From: Candidatus Multivoradales bacterium
GTDB taxonomy: Bacteria > Acidobacteriota > Thermoanaerobaculia > Multivoradales > J023
NCBI GenBank assembly: GCA_965248925.1
Contig: CBDFLE010000006.1
Span: forward strand, 2,464,001-2,528,000
Length of the DNA stretch: 64,000 nucleotides
Direction: 5' to 3'
Shown: positions 48,423 to 57,415 of the stretch, one piece after another
How positions within the stretch are numbered: position 1 is the first letter of the stretch
Layout: each line of letters begins with the position of its first letter
Program-made: the position numbers and the translations under genes
Notes under the pieces: model-generated
What the model was told of the DNA's origin: nothing
Seen by the model: only the letters and a program-made list of their open reading frames with translations
Database searches by the model: none

Positions 48423-48992
48423 TTAGTTGGAGCCTCCCAGATTGTGAAAGCGCGCTACTGCTACCGGCGATAACGGGCCATGGTCTTCCGCTTGTTTTTC
48501 GCCGCCTCCCCCCGTATCAACGGAGCCATAAACTTCGGCTACCGTCTCGGGTTCAAACATGTCTGGTCGGCCGTATACGAAAGGCGCCATACTCCCAGCA
48601 GGTGCCCGGCGCCTTTCCAGCTTCCTAGCCTTGGCCAGTTTCCTTGTCGAAACGCTCATGGTCTGACGTGACAGGCTAGTGCCATCATCTCTCAACAGGC
48701 GCATCAATTCAGCTTGAGTGACCGGCCTCTCAAGGCGCGGCAGATAGGCCTCAATGAGTTCTAGAGATGTCGCCCGTCTTGCTGGTCTCTCGGGGCGTGA
48801 TTGCCGCTCGATTACCGGTTTCTCAACGGCTCCCTGCTTCAAGGAAGCCGAGGTCTGCTCGGGCTGGGCTGTTGAGCTACTCCGGGAAAGGCCGAGGAGA
48901 GCATCGATGTGGGCCAGCATTGATGTGGCCTCGCGCTTCACAGACTCCCAGTGTCCCTTCAGCTCGCCTAGGCTCTTGTTCTTCAAGTCCAT
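48423..48992 (-). CDS. Hypothetical protein: N-terminal helix, linker, winged-helix-like domain
   Basis: LELIEAYL..PVTQAELMRLL..LSRQTMSVSTRKLAKARKLER..VY; AAAGGTG RBS. Confidence 0.6.
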   Translation of the reverse strand: MDLKNKSLGELKGHWESVKREATSMLAHIDALLGLSRSSSTAQPEQTSASLKQGAVEKPVIERQSRPERPARRATSLELIEAYLPRLERPVTQAELMRLLRDDGTSLSRQTMSVSTRKLAKARKLERRRAPAGSMAPFVYGRPDMFEPETVAEVYGSVDTGGGGEKQAEDHGPLSPVAVARFHNLGGSN

Positions 48993-49438
48993 TTGCTCGG
49001 CACCTTTTCTAGACAGGCGCCCAAAGAGGGCTGCCTGGTTGCGGCAGACGGGAACCTTGAGCCACCAATCATGCCTGTGTCCAGCCTGCTAGCCATCGGG
49101 CGCGGGCCGGCTCGTGCGATAAGTTGTATTTTGACGCCATCGGGATAGGTTGTCAACCGCGCCGCGGAATGATTGACACGCTGTCAACCCAGTTACCAGA
49201 CGGCCGCCATCCGCCGAGTGCCATGCGCAGCGCGAGGGCTAAGAGCTATCAGATGCTAAGATGACTCGTCGCGGCCCGGAATGGCTGGTCAAGCCAAGGC
49301 ATCGTTAGGCGCGGCAAGACGCTGCGCAGGCACCAGGAGAGGCGGCTTCGGCCGCCTTTCGGCGATCAGGACTTCTTTTGCAAATCGGCCAGGAGGCGCT
49401 ATCCAGGCGCCACTGAAGCCAAAGGAGCGCTTGGGGGA

Positions 49439-49582
49439 ATGAGCTTTCTTAGTAGCTTTGGTAAGGAGTTCAGCTCTTCGATGGACGCCATAGGCGGGTT
49501 GGTCGGCAGCTGCTTACCGTGGGCCGCAATATTGTTAGCAGCGCTGCTGGTCTTCGGCTGGGTCATGAAGTTCTTGTTCTAG
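49439..49582 (+). CDS. 47-aa single-TM peptide, not in the ORF track
   Basis: MSFLSSFGKEFSSSMDAIGGLVGSCLPWAAILLAALLVFGWVMKFLF; purine-rich RBS-like sequence upstream. Confidence 0.5.
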   Translation: MSFLSSFGKEFSSSMDAIGGLVGSCLPWAAILLAALLVFGWVMKFLF

Positions 49583-49646
49583 ATAATCTAGGGCTCCACC
49601 CGGTCGAGAAGGCGCCAACACTGAGTTAGGACACTACCAGCCTACC

Positions 49647-49917
49647 GGCGATCCAGCCGGTAGGCTGCCAACCGCCGCACAAGCTCACCAGCGGCCAGGA
49701 GGACGGCAGCTCTGCCGTCTGTAGCACTGTTCCGCCGTAGCGCCGGCCGTTCGCTGCGCAGCAGCCCTTGCAACCCACCAGCAGCCGTCAAGAGCCGCTC
49801 TGCCGCGTTCTCAGCAGCTCGGCGGCGCAGCAACACCGACAACAGCTCAGCGTCCGTCAGACCAGCCGCGCCATGCCGTAGCAACCGGGCCCGCGGCGCA
49901 AGCTCAGCCCTCGGAAT
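49647..49917 (-). pseudogene. radC: radC of the outer element, 5' half (start codon ATT)
   Basis: LLRHGAAGLTDAELLSVLL..LAAYRLDR aligns with the N-terminus of 44979-45626; ends at the inner element's TSD. Confidence 0.88.
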
Positions 49918-50197
49918 CGGCCAGCCGTAGCGACAGGTCGAGCAGCTGCACTCGATGGCACAGCGCGTCCTCTTCGGTCAGTTGCGACAGCTCTTCTAGC
50001 GTCGCGATGGCGTCGCCGAGCAGATCGACGCGCACCGCCTCCGCTCGGCCACGGAGCTCGACCGGCAAAAGGTGCGGGGATGGCTGGATCGCCTTAGCGA
50101 TCCTGGCTAGACGAAGGTCAACGGTCTGTAGGTTGGGGACGAGAGCAGCAAGCTCTCTCTGCACGTTGTAGACGGTACACTTCCGGCGGTCGCGCAT
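49904..50197 (-). CDS. orf96 paralog of the outer element (97 aa)
   Basis: MRDRRKCTVYNVQRELAALVPNLQTVDLRLARIA.., nearly identical to 44699-44989. Confidence 0.8.
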   Translation of the reverse strand: MRDRRKCTVYNVQRELAALVPNLQTVDLRLARIAKAIQPSPHLLPVELRGRAEAVRVDLLGDAIATLEELSQLTEEDALCHRVQLLDLSLRLADSEG

Positions 50198-50422
50198 TGG
50201 GCTGTGTCCTCTGCGTGGCTAGGCTTCGGCGACGGTGACAGCCGTCGTCGAGGTCGCTGGTGGTAGGGTGGAGGGCGTTCGCTGCCCGGGCTTCGCGGCA
50301 AACGTACTACCCGCCCGCCTGCCGCTCACCCGCCCCTATCGGACCAACACACTGTCAGGACACCACCCGCCGAACAGCAACCAGCACCCGGCGAGCTGGG
50401 CAGGCGCGGATTTGGAGACCTC

Positions 50423-51862
50423 TTGACTAGCGTTGCAACGAACATGGACTCGACTCCTACCGCCAGCCCACCCTGGCCCGAGATTTTTCGACTCCTGCAG
50501 CGGGCTGGCTGCCCGAAGTTGATCTCGGTCGCTGTCGCGCCGCCCCCCGGCAGCTTCAAGGTGGCCGACCAAGGGCTGAAGATCGAGCCGGTGACTGAAC
50601 TGGCGGCATTGGCCGAGTACCCACCCTGCCCGGCTGTGTTGCTGACGACTACCGACTACCAAATCCTCGCCAAGGACCTGGCTGCGGTCCACCCGCGACT
50701 GACCGAGGACGGACGCTTGCTGATTTGGGGCTGTTGGCAGGCGAGCCGCATGACCGGCGGCTTGGAGCCGGCAGGGCACGAGGAGGCGGTGCGACAGCTC
50801 TCGGAAACGGGCTTTTCGGTAATCGAAGAATTGCTGCTCGACAGCGGCGCGCAGCAGCCTGGTATTCGCCGTACTTCGCTGATCGTCGCTCGGCCGGAGA
50901 CCTCGGTGGTGCGGGGCTACCAAGCCGGCGACGAGATAGCTATCGCGGATTGCTTTCGTGCTTGTTTCCAGGTCGAGCGAAGTCTTGAGCAGTGGCGTTG
51001 GAAGTATCTCGACAATCCCTATGGCGGACCGCTGATCAGCCTGGCATTCGAGCAAGACCGCTTGCTGGCCCAATACGCCGGCTATCCCTTGCCTCTACAT
51101 CTCGGACCAGGTCCGCCAGCCCTTGCCGTGCAGATGGGCGACACCATGACCGCGCCGCAAGCACGCAGCGTCGGGCGTCGCTCCACCAGCTTGCTGCGGC
51201 GGGCAGTACGGCACTTTTTCGCTACCTACTCAGAGCCCGAAGTAGCGTACTACTACGGCTTCAACACCGGCGCCATCCACCGCTTCTCCAAGCGCTTCGT
51301 TCGCGGACAGCGGCATTCACAAGTGAGTTTCTGGCAGCGTGATGCCAAACTGCCTCGCCTACGCCAGCACTATCGGGTGAAGCTGCAACAGCACATCCAA
51401 GCAGGCTTCGATCGGTTCTGGCGCCGCACCGCTCGCCGCTATGGCGTGCTCTTGCAGCGCGATGCTTGCTACCTGAGCTGGCGCTACCAAGAATGCCCGG
51501 ATGTCGACTACCAGATCTTCTCCGCCAGGCGTTGGGGGAGATTGGTCGGCTGGGGAGTTTTTCGCCGCCAGGGTCGAATCCTGGCTTGGGGCGATGCGAT
51601 GTTCGATCCGCGCCACTGCGACGCTGCAAGCGATGTGCTTCGAGCCGCTCTTAGCAACGAATCCAACCAGGGGGTCGAAGAAATTACCGCCTGGTTTCCA
51701 GAGCATCCTGGTTGGTGGCGCCGCACGGTCGCAGGACTGGGATTCGCCCGTGCTACCGAACCCGAGGACCTGGCACTGGTCTACCGGCCCCATGCTACCC
51801 GCGACATTCAGCAGCGACTCGAATCTCTGTACTACACCATGGGTGATAGCGACTTGTTCTGA
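50423..51862 (+). CDS. GNAT-family N-acyltransferase with N-terminal extension
   Basis: VRGYQAGDE..F..RSLEQWRWKYLDNPYG, QMGDTMTAPQAR, YYYGF, C-terminal TMGDSDLF. Confidence 0.7.
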   Translation: MTSVATNMDSTPTASPPWPEIFRLLQRAGCPKLISVAVAPPPGSFKVADQGLKIEPVTELAALAEYPPCPAVLLTTTDYQILAKDLAAVHPRLTEDGRLLIWGCWQASRMTGGLEPAGHEEAVRQLSETGFSVIEELLLDSGAQQPGIRRTSLIVARPETSVVRGYQAGDEIAIADCFRACFQVERSLEQWRWKYLDNPYGGPLISLAFEQDRLLAQYAGYPLPLHLGPGPPALAVQMGDTMTAPQARSVGRRSTSLLRRAVRHFFATYSEPEVAYYYGFNTGAIHRFSKRFVRGQRHSQVSFWQRDAKLPRLRQHYRVKLQQHIQAGFDRFWRRTARRYGVLLQRDACYLSWRYQECPDVDYQIFSARRWGRLVGWGVFRRQGRILAWGDAMFDPRHCDAASDVLRAALSNESNQGVEEITAWFPEHPGWWRRTVAGLGFARATEPEDLALVYRPHATRDIQQRLESLYYTMGDSDLF

Positions 51863-51879
51863 GCCTCCGGGTCCGCGGC

Positions 51880-52950
51880 TTAGCGCTCTAGAGTCTGCAC
51901 GCCGAGTTCTCGCCCCTCGGCATCCAAGAAACGTCGATAGTAGATGCCCGGTCCGAGCCGCGACCACAGCTCCTCGGGTAACTCCGTCGCCACACTCGCT
52001 GGAGTGCGCAAAGCCGCCGGGAAACCCCAGGGCGAAGCGGAGAGTTCTTCCCGCACGGCGGCTGTCGGTGGCACTCGCAAAAAAGGCGGCGACAGCGGTG
52101 GCGAGGTCCGATCCAGGATGCGCAGCAGACGTTCGAACCCAGCGCCGTAACGACGCCGACGGAAACGCCGGCTGGAGGCATCGAACCACTCACTAGCTCG
52201 CGGCTCGGCAACCGAACTCTGAGCATAGAGATGCACAGCTTCAGCTGCCGGCACGAAGCTCGCCCGAAGGCCGCCGGCCCGCAATCGGCAGAGCCAATCT
52301 GTTTCTTCGAAGTAGAGCTGATACTTGTCGTCAAACGGACCGATCTGCCGCCAAGCCTGGCGACTGACGGCCAACAGAGCACCGCTGAGTTCGAAAGCGG
52401 ACACCGTGTCGCGGGTGGCCCACAAGCGCTCGGCATGCTGGCGCCAGCGCTGCCTCGCCCATCTGGCCCAGGGCTTGCCACGGCGAGCCAGCACCGCCAG
52501 CAGCTCATCGCGACGAGTGCGAGGCTCGGTGGGTGGTAGCTGAAACCGTCGTTCACGATCCCACCAAAAACGCGGACCGGCAGCTCCGGCCCCCTGCTCG
52601 AGAGCGCCACACAGAGCCGCCAAACAACCGGGCAGCACCTCGACATCGGGATTCATCGCCAGCAGATAGTCCGCTGACGCCTCGGAGAACCCCAAGTTGA
52701 TCGCCCCGGCGTAGCCCAGATTGGCTCGCGGATCGAGCCGTCGAGCTGGCAGATCGCGCCACACTCCCTGGTCTTCGGGCTGGCTACCGTTGTCGACCAC
52801 CAGGCATTCCAACTCGATGGCCGAACTCGCCGCATCGCGCCGCAAAGCCGCCACCGCGGACAGCAGCAGATTTGGCGTGTGGTAGTGGACGAGGATCGCG
52901 CTGAGCTTCAAGCGCTCTTGCTCCGCTGGTTGACCGTAAGATGCCGGCAC
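51880..52950 (-). CDS. Glycosyltransferase family 2
   Basis: VVDNGS, NLGYAGAIN, MNPD, LYFEETDW. Confidence 0.9.
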   Translation of the reverse strand: MPASYGQPAEQERLKLSAILVHYHTPNLLLSAVAALRRDAASSAIELECLVVDNGSQPEDQGVWRDLPARRLDPRANLGYAGAINLGFSEASADYLLAMNPDVEVLPGCLAALCGALEQGAGAAGPRFWWDRERRFQLPPTEPRTRRDELLAVLARRGKPWARWARQRWRQHAERLWATRDTVSAFELSGALLAVSRQAWRQIGPFDDKYQLYFEETDWLCRLRAGGLRASFVPAAEAVHLYAQSSVAEPRASEWFDASSRRFRRRRYGAGFERLLRILDRTSPPLSPPFLRVPPTAAVREELSASPWGFPAALRTPASVATELPEELWSRLGPGIYYRRFLDAEGRELGVQTLER

Positions 52951-52996
52951 CTCCGGCTGCCGACAAGCCTACACCGCAACGGACTCAGCGGTACAA

Positions 52997-54142
52997 TTGC
53001 CGCCCATGACCTCGATCCACAACCGCCAGCCGGTGCTCTGGCTGCGCACCGGCCGCCAGCGCTCGGTCGTCGCCGCCCATCTTCGCCATGTGGCGGGGAA
53101 CTTCGCCGCCGCCGGTTGGCGGACTTGCAGCGACCGCGAACCACCGGCCACCACCGGCCCAGTCGCCGTGCTGGACGATCCGTGGCTGGATCCTCTGCCG
53201 CAGCTGGCCTTGTTTCTAGCCAACGCCACGGCGGCCAAGCCCGGCTGCTGGAGGCTACCGCGAGTCTTCGCCGCCACCGGCGAGCAAGGTTGGCATCCGG
53301 CCGCTGGTCCCTACACACTGCGTGACTATGAACGGTTGACGATTCCCCGCAGCGGCAGGGGCGGCCGTGGCCGACCACTCGGCGAACCGCCGGCCAGTAC
53401 CGGTTTCGCCGTTGCCGCCGCGGGCGAAGCTGAGTATTTGCTGGCCGGCGGCTGGCCACCGAGCGCTGAGCGGCTGCTACTGGTCAGGGAGGCCTGCCTC
53501 TACCGCTATGGCGATCCAGCCCGGCACCCGCGGCTCGAGCTCGACCCGTTCATTCCCGACAGCACCGAGTTGCTGGTCGATGTGGGCTGCGGTCATGGCC
53601 AACTCGGCGCTCGTCACCGACGGCCCGGCCGCCGAGTCATTGGTATCGAGCCCGATTGGCAGCTGGCCCAACAAGCGGCCAAGCGTTTGGACCTGGTGCT
53701 GCCGGCCACCGCCGAGCTGGGCCTGCGGGCATTGGGCCAGCGCCCTGACTGCCTGATCTTCGCCGATGTGTTGGAGCACACAAGCGACCCCCAAGGCATC
53801 CTGAAGCTCGCCGCTGAGAAGCTTGCCAAAGGAGGCAGGATCGTGGTCTCACTGCCCAACACGGCCTGGGCGCCGGTGTTGAGCGCCCTAGCCGCGGGCC
53901 GCTGGGATCCGACCCTGGCGGGAGTGCAGGCCCGCGATCACCTGGTGCCGATGACGCCGCACTCGTTCTCGACCATGGCCGCCGAATGTGGTCTGGAAAC
54001 CCTGTCGATGAACCCTCTGCCTGTGCCCCTTCCCTGGCGGCTCAGGCTGCTGGCGCGGCTGGCGGCACTGCTCTCCGGCGGCTCGGCGGCAACCCTGGGT
54101 GCCCCCCAGTGGATTGCCGTCCTGCGCCACACCGACAAGTGA
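52997..54142 (+). CDS. Class I SAM-dependent methyltransferase (glycan-locus type)
   Basis: LVDVGCGHG, GIEPD, FADVLEH..DP, SLPN. Confidence 0.85.
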   Translation: MPPMTSIHNRQPVLWLRTGRQRSVVAAHLRHVAGNFAAAGWRTCSDREPPATTGPVAVLDDPWLDPLPQLALFLANATAAKPGCWRLPRVFAATGEQGWHPAAGPYTLRDYERLTIPRSGRGGRGRPLGEPPASTGFAVAAAGEAEYLLAGGWPPSAERLLLVREACLYRYGDPARHPRLELDPFIPDSTELLVDVGCGHGQLGARHRRPGRRVIGIEPDWQLAQQAAKRLDLVLPATAELGLRALGQRPDCLIFADVLEHTSDPQGILKLAAEKLAKGGRIVVSLPNTAWAPVLSALAAGRWDPTLAGVQARDHLVPMTPHSFSTMAAECGLETLSMNPLPVPLPWRLRLLARLAALLSGGSAATLGAPQWIAVLRHTDK

Positions 54143-54164
54143 ACCGCCGGCCAGAACCGCGCCG

Positions 54165-55496
54165 TCAGCGAGGAGGAATCGTCCCCGTTTCGGTGATCAG
54201 CGGGTTGAGATCATCGCAAGCCGAGGTCAGCGCAACCGCCGCATAGCCGACCTGGAAGAGGCCCTTGGCGTTGTGCACCACGGTGACAAAGCTCTGGGCG
54301 ATGTTGCCATCGACGCCGAAATCGACATCGAAATTCACCCCAACATCATCGATGTTGAGATTGAGGAACATCCAGCCTGACTGGTAGGGCAGGGTCAGGT
54401 CCCCTTCGCCGACCTCCACCCGCTGAGTTTCGAGGGGGAAACATGGCGGATCGACATTGGGATCGGGCGGTGAGATCACCCCACCCCCCAAGTTGAAGCA
54501 GATTTCCACCGCGTTCTCTTGTTCGTCAAAGGCCACCGCTTCGGTCTCGTTGAGGGGGTACCACGACGGTCCGACTCCGCAGCTGTAGAACTGCTGCGTG
54601 TCCGAGGTGGTCGAGTCGCGCCACACCAAGAGGCCGGTTCCGCCGTCGACCACCACATTTTCCAAATAGCGCGCCGCCCAAGTGGTGCCCAAGGGCTCGC
54701 GATTGTCGGCGCCCGTCATGCCGGGATCGTAGCGTCCGTAGAAGGTGACCCCACTGGCCGTCGAGCCGGCATTGAAGAAGTCATCGGCCTCGATCGACAC
54801 CAAAGTATCGCCGATCGCCGAGGCATTCAGCTGATTGATGATGAAGTAGTCGCCCCACAGCAAGTTGCGATTGTTGGCAATGCCAGTGCCGCCGTCGACG
54901 AAGTAGCCGGTCTCGTTGGGAAACACCGTCGAGCATTGATTGACACTGTCAATGGTGAGGTAGCCGCGCGCTAAACCGTCGCCATGATCCTGGCCCATGC
55001 AACCCAATCCGAGCACATCCTGGCCGGTGTGGCCATTGCGCAAGCGGGTCAGATTGGCAGTGCTGACCACTGGGTTGTTGAAGGGCAGAATTCCCAGGCA
55101 ACCCGGAAAACTGCCGTCCCAGGAGGGGTTCAGTCCATGCGGGCTAATGCTGTCGGCGCCATCGTTCTGCGCGTCCGCGGTGACCGGCAGATTGCCTTGA
55201 AAGACATCGTAGAGGTTCACCGGCACTACGTCGTAGCCCGACAGGAAGACATCAAAATCGATGGTTGGCTGCGTCCAGTCGGTCCACAGAGTGACATGTG
55301 CTAAAGCCGGGGTCGCGGAGGCATTGTTGATCGTGAATAGAGTGGTAATCCCGGCCTGGTCGGCGATATCGACCTCGAAGTATGGCAGCAGCAAGGTGGC
55401 TGCCGGGACACTGTCCAGGGTACAGAGCTCGGCCTGCAAAGTGGCGCTGCCCACCAAGAACAGCAGGGCGGCCAAAACCAGAATCTTCTTCAGCAT
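54165..55496 (-). CDS. Secreted acidic protein, paralog 2 (S-layer/surface protein candidate)
   Basis: Sec signal peptide, GGAGG RBS, LCTLDSVPAATLLLPYFEVD; collinear with 61794-63140. Confidence 0.75.
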   Translation of the reverse strand: MLKKILVLAALLFLVGSATLQAELCTLDSVPAATLLLPYFEVDIADQAGITTLFTINNASATPALAHVTLWTDWTQPTIDFDVFLSGYDVVPVNLYDVFQGNLPVTADAQNDGADSISPHGLNPSWDGSFPGCLGILPFNNPVVSTANLTRLRNGHTGQDVLGLGCMGQDHGDGLARGYLTIDSVNQCSTVFPNETGYFVDGGTGIANNRNLLWGDYFIINQLNASAIGDTLVSIEADDFFNAGSTASGVTFYGRYDPGMTGADNREPLGTTWAARYLENVVVDGGTGLLVWRDSTTSDTQQFYSCGVGPSWYPLNETEAVAFDEQENAVEICFNLGGGVISPPDPNVDPPCFPLETQRVEVGEGDLTLPYQSGWMFLNLNIDDVGVNFDVDFGVDGNIAQSFVTVVHNAKGLFQVGYAAVALTSACDDLNPLITETGTIPPR

Positions 55497-55608
55497 CGCG
55501 GAATCCTCCATCGGCGCCACCAGGCTAGTTCAACCACCGTGGCGACCCTCGACCGGGATTAATAAGAGAGACATGCCTAATTTAACATACTTGAATAGGT
55601 TGGTGTTA

Positions 55609-56316
55609 CTACCACTCGTCTTCGTGGCTCTTGCGGAAAATCGTGTCGTGGGGTGCGCTCTTCTCCGCCGCCGGTCTGCCGTTGGTGTAGAAGTACATCG
55701 ACAGGGATCTGCGGCAGCGGTCCCTGGGACAGCTCAAGGGCTGCGGGTTGCCATGAAACGAGGTGTCCGTAGTGCTAAAAACCACCGCCCGATTGAACAC
55801 CGGCAGAATTCGTTGTTCGCAGTGAGCGACCTCGCTGTCCCAGAGTTCTAGATGGCCACCGTAGTCTTCGCGCCAATCCCGGTTCAGATAGATCAGCAGA
55901 TTGAGGCGACGATCCAGCCTCAGCTTGGGATGCCAGTTGAAATCAGCATGGAGCTTAAGGAAGCCACCCGGCTGTAGCTGATGGGGGCCTGCGCCGCCAA
56001 AGTACGGGTCCGGAATCAAGCCCTCTATCCCGGTGAGCTGCTCCAAGAACTCCAGCATTGCTGCGGAGTTGAGAAAGTACATCAGGCTCTGTAGATCGGC
56101 GCCTACCGGGGTGCGGTAGTCGAACCCTTGCTTCTGTTCTTGTGCGTTCTCAAAGCGACGCCAATGGGAGTCTTCCGGAGGCGGAAAGTCTGCCAAGGCC
56201 CGATCCAGGACAACTTCTGAGAACAACCCATCGATAACCGCATGCGGAAATGGACTCGCCTCCTGGTAGGCCGAGTTCAGCCCTTGTGGAGATTTCTGTA
56301 GCTCGATTCTCATCAT
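55609..56316 (-). CDS. 2OG-Fe(II) oxygenase
   Basis: PFPHAVID, LHADFN (HxD), SFHG, RRS. Confidence 0.88.
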   Translation of the reverse strand: MMRIELQKSPQGLNSAYQEASPFPHAVIDGLFSEVVLDRALADFPPPEDSHWRRFENAQEQKQGFDYRTPVGADLQSLMYFLNSAAMLEFLEQLTGIEGLIPDPYFGGAGPHQLQPGGFLKLHADFNWHPKLRLDRRLNLLIYLNRDWREDYGGHLELWDSEVAHCEQRILPVFNRAVVFSTTDTSFHGNPQPLSCPRDRCRRSLSMYFYTNGRPAAEKSAPHDTIFRKSHEDEW

Positions 56317-57407
56317 CTTCCGGCCTCCGGTAGTGTGGGTCGACTTGGTCTCGTCGCGGATTGAGGCGACTGCCGACTGGCCCAGTCGACGGCGGCGAAT
56401 AGCTGCTCAGAGACCTTGTCGGGGTCGAATTTTTGCGCCGCGCGATAGCCGGCTCGCCGCGCCTGGCGCCAGCGAGCTGGTCGCAAGAGCAGACGACGGC
56501 TCGCTGCGGCAAAAGCGTCGGCATCACCCGCCGGTACCAGGCTGACGGCCTCGCCGGCCATGAACTCCGTGGAGGGAATCCGCGACGCTACCGCCGGCAC
56601 CTTGGCAACCATCGCCTCCAGCAAGGGAAGACCAAATCCTTCCTCCGGCTGCGACGGTAGCAGCAGCAAGTCACAGCTGGCCAGCTCCTCAGCCACCTGC
56701 TGTGGCGGAATGTCGCAGAGATACCGATCCGGTACTAGCAAGGCCCTTTCACTCTCACTGAGAGGCACCGTCGAGATTCTTAGCAAGCGACAGGCGACAC
56801 CCCCTTGGCGCAGCCTTCTAACCGCCGCCAAGGCCGTAGCAACACCCTTGACCGGCGCCTCGAACACCCCCGGCACAACCACCCAGGGGCGGCGCCGCGG
56901 CCGCCACCGCGGCAGCGACCGAAAGGCTGGATCGAGCGGTGGTGGAACCACTCGGCTCTGGCGATCGAAGAGCCGCTCTAGAAGATCCACCAGATGAGGA
57001 GTCACCGCCAGTCCCGAGCAGGGCTCGGCATAGGCAGCTTCGATTTCCTTCAACTGCTGGTGGTAGTGCCGGTGGCTACCCTCGTAACCCTGGCAGAAGT
57101 GGGCCAGGGGCCCAAGTTGCAAAGCGCGGGCAGTCGCCAGCGTGGTCCAGAAGGTCGCGATCACCAGATCCTGTGACGGCAAGGTCGCCGATTGGCTGCT
57201 GGCATCGATGTAGCGACCGGCGATCGGCATCCATGTTGGCCGCGGCCCTTGGGCCAACAGAGTGACCTCGTCGCCACGCGCGGCCAACAGCTGGGCGTGC
57301 TGAAAAATGACTTTATTTCCCCCACCGAGTTCAGGCTGGGGCAAGACGTAGGTGATTCGCACGCGCTGGGGTCCGAGAAGTTTCTTCGAAAATGGCAGGT
57401 TCGCCAA
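56313..57407 (-). CDS. Glycosyltransferase family 4
   Basis: GGGNKVIFQHA, ATFWTT, EGFGLPLLEAM. Confidence 0.9.
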   Translation of the reverse strand: MANLPFSKKLLGPQRVRITYVLPQPELGGGNKVIFQHAQLLAARGDEVTLLAQGPRPTWMPIAGRYIDASSQSATLPSQDLVIATFWTTLATARALQLGPLAHFCQGYEGSHRHYHQQLKEIEAAYAEPCSGLAVTPHLVDLLERLFDRQSRVVPPPLDPAFRSLPRWRPRRRPWVVVPGVFEAPVKGVATALAAVRRLRQGGVACRLLRISTVPLSESERALLVPDRYLCDIPPQQVAEELASCDLLLLPSQPEEGFGLPLLEAMVAKVPAVASRIPSTEFMAGEAVSLVPAGDADAFAAASRRLLLRPARWRQARRAGYRAAQKFDPDKVSEQLFAAVDWASRQSPQSATRPSRPTLPEAGR

Positions 57408-57415
57408 TCGCCGAG

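Larger units (their letters stand above)
44530..49638 (+). mobile_element. Inner IS1-family cargo transposon (5109 bp, apparently autonomous)
   Basis: 24-bp TIRs at 44530-44553 (GGTGGTGTCCTAACAGTGTGTTGG) and 49615-49638 (rc GGTAGTGTCCTAACTCAGTGTTGG), 20/24 match; exact 8-bp TSD AGCCTACC at 44522-44529 and 49639-49646. Confidence 0.92.
38089..50367 (-). mobile_element. Outer IS1-family cargo transposon (non-autonomous) containing two nested elements
   Basis: 24-bp TIRs at 38089-38112 (GGTAGTGGCCTAAGACTGTGTGGG) and 50344-50367 (rc GGTGGTGTCCTGACAGTGTGTTGG), 18/24 match; exact 8-bp TSD CGCCGAAC at 38081-38088 and 50368-50375. Confidence 0.9.

Noticed and set aside
44149-50197. Three independent radC genes or an invertible segment
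   Set aside because: The TIR/TSD junctions show two radC genes, one of them split by insertion of the inner element.
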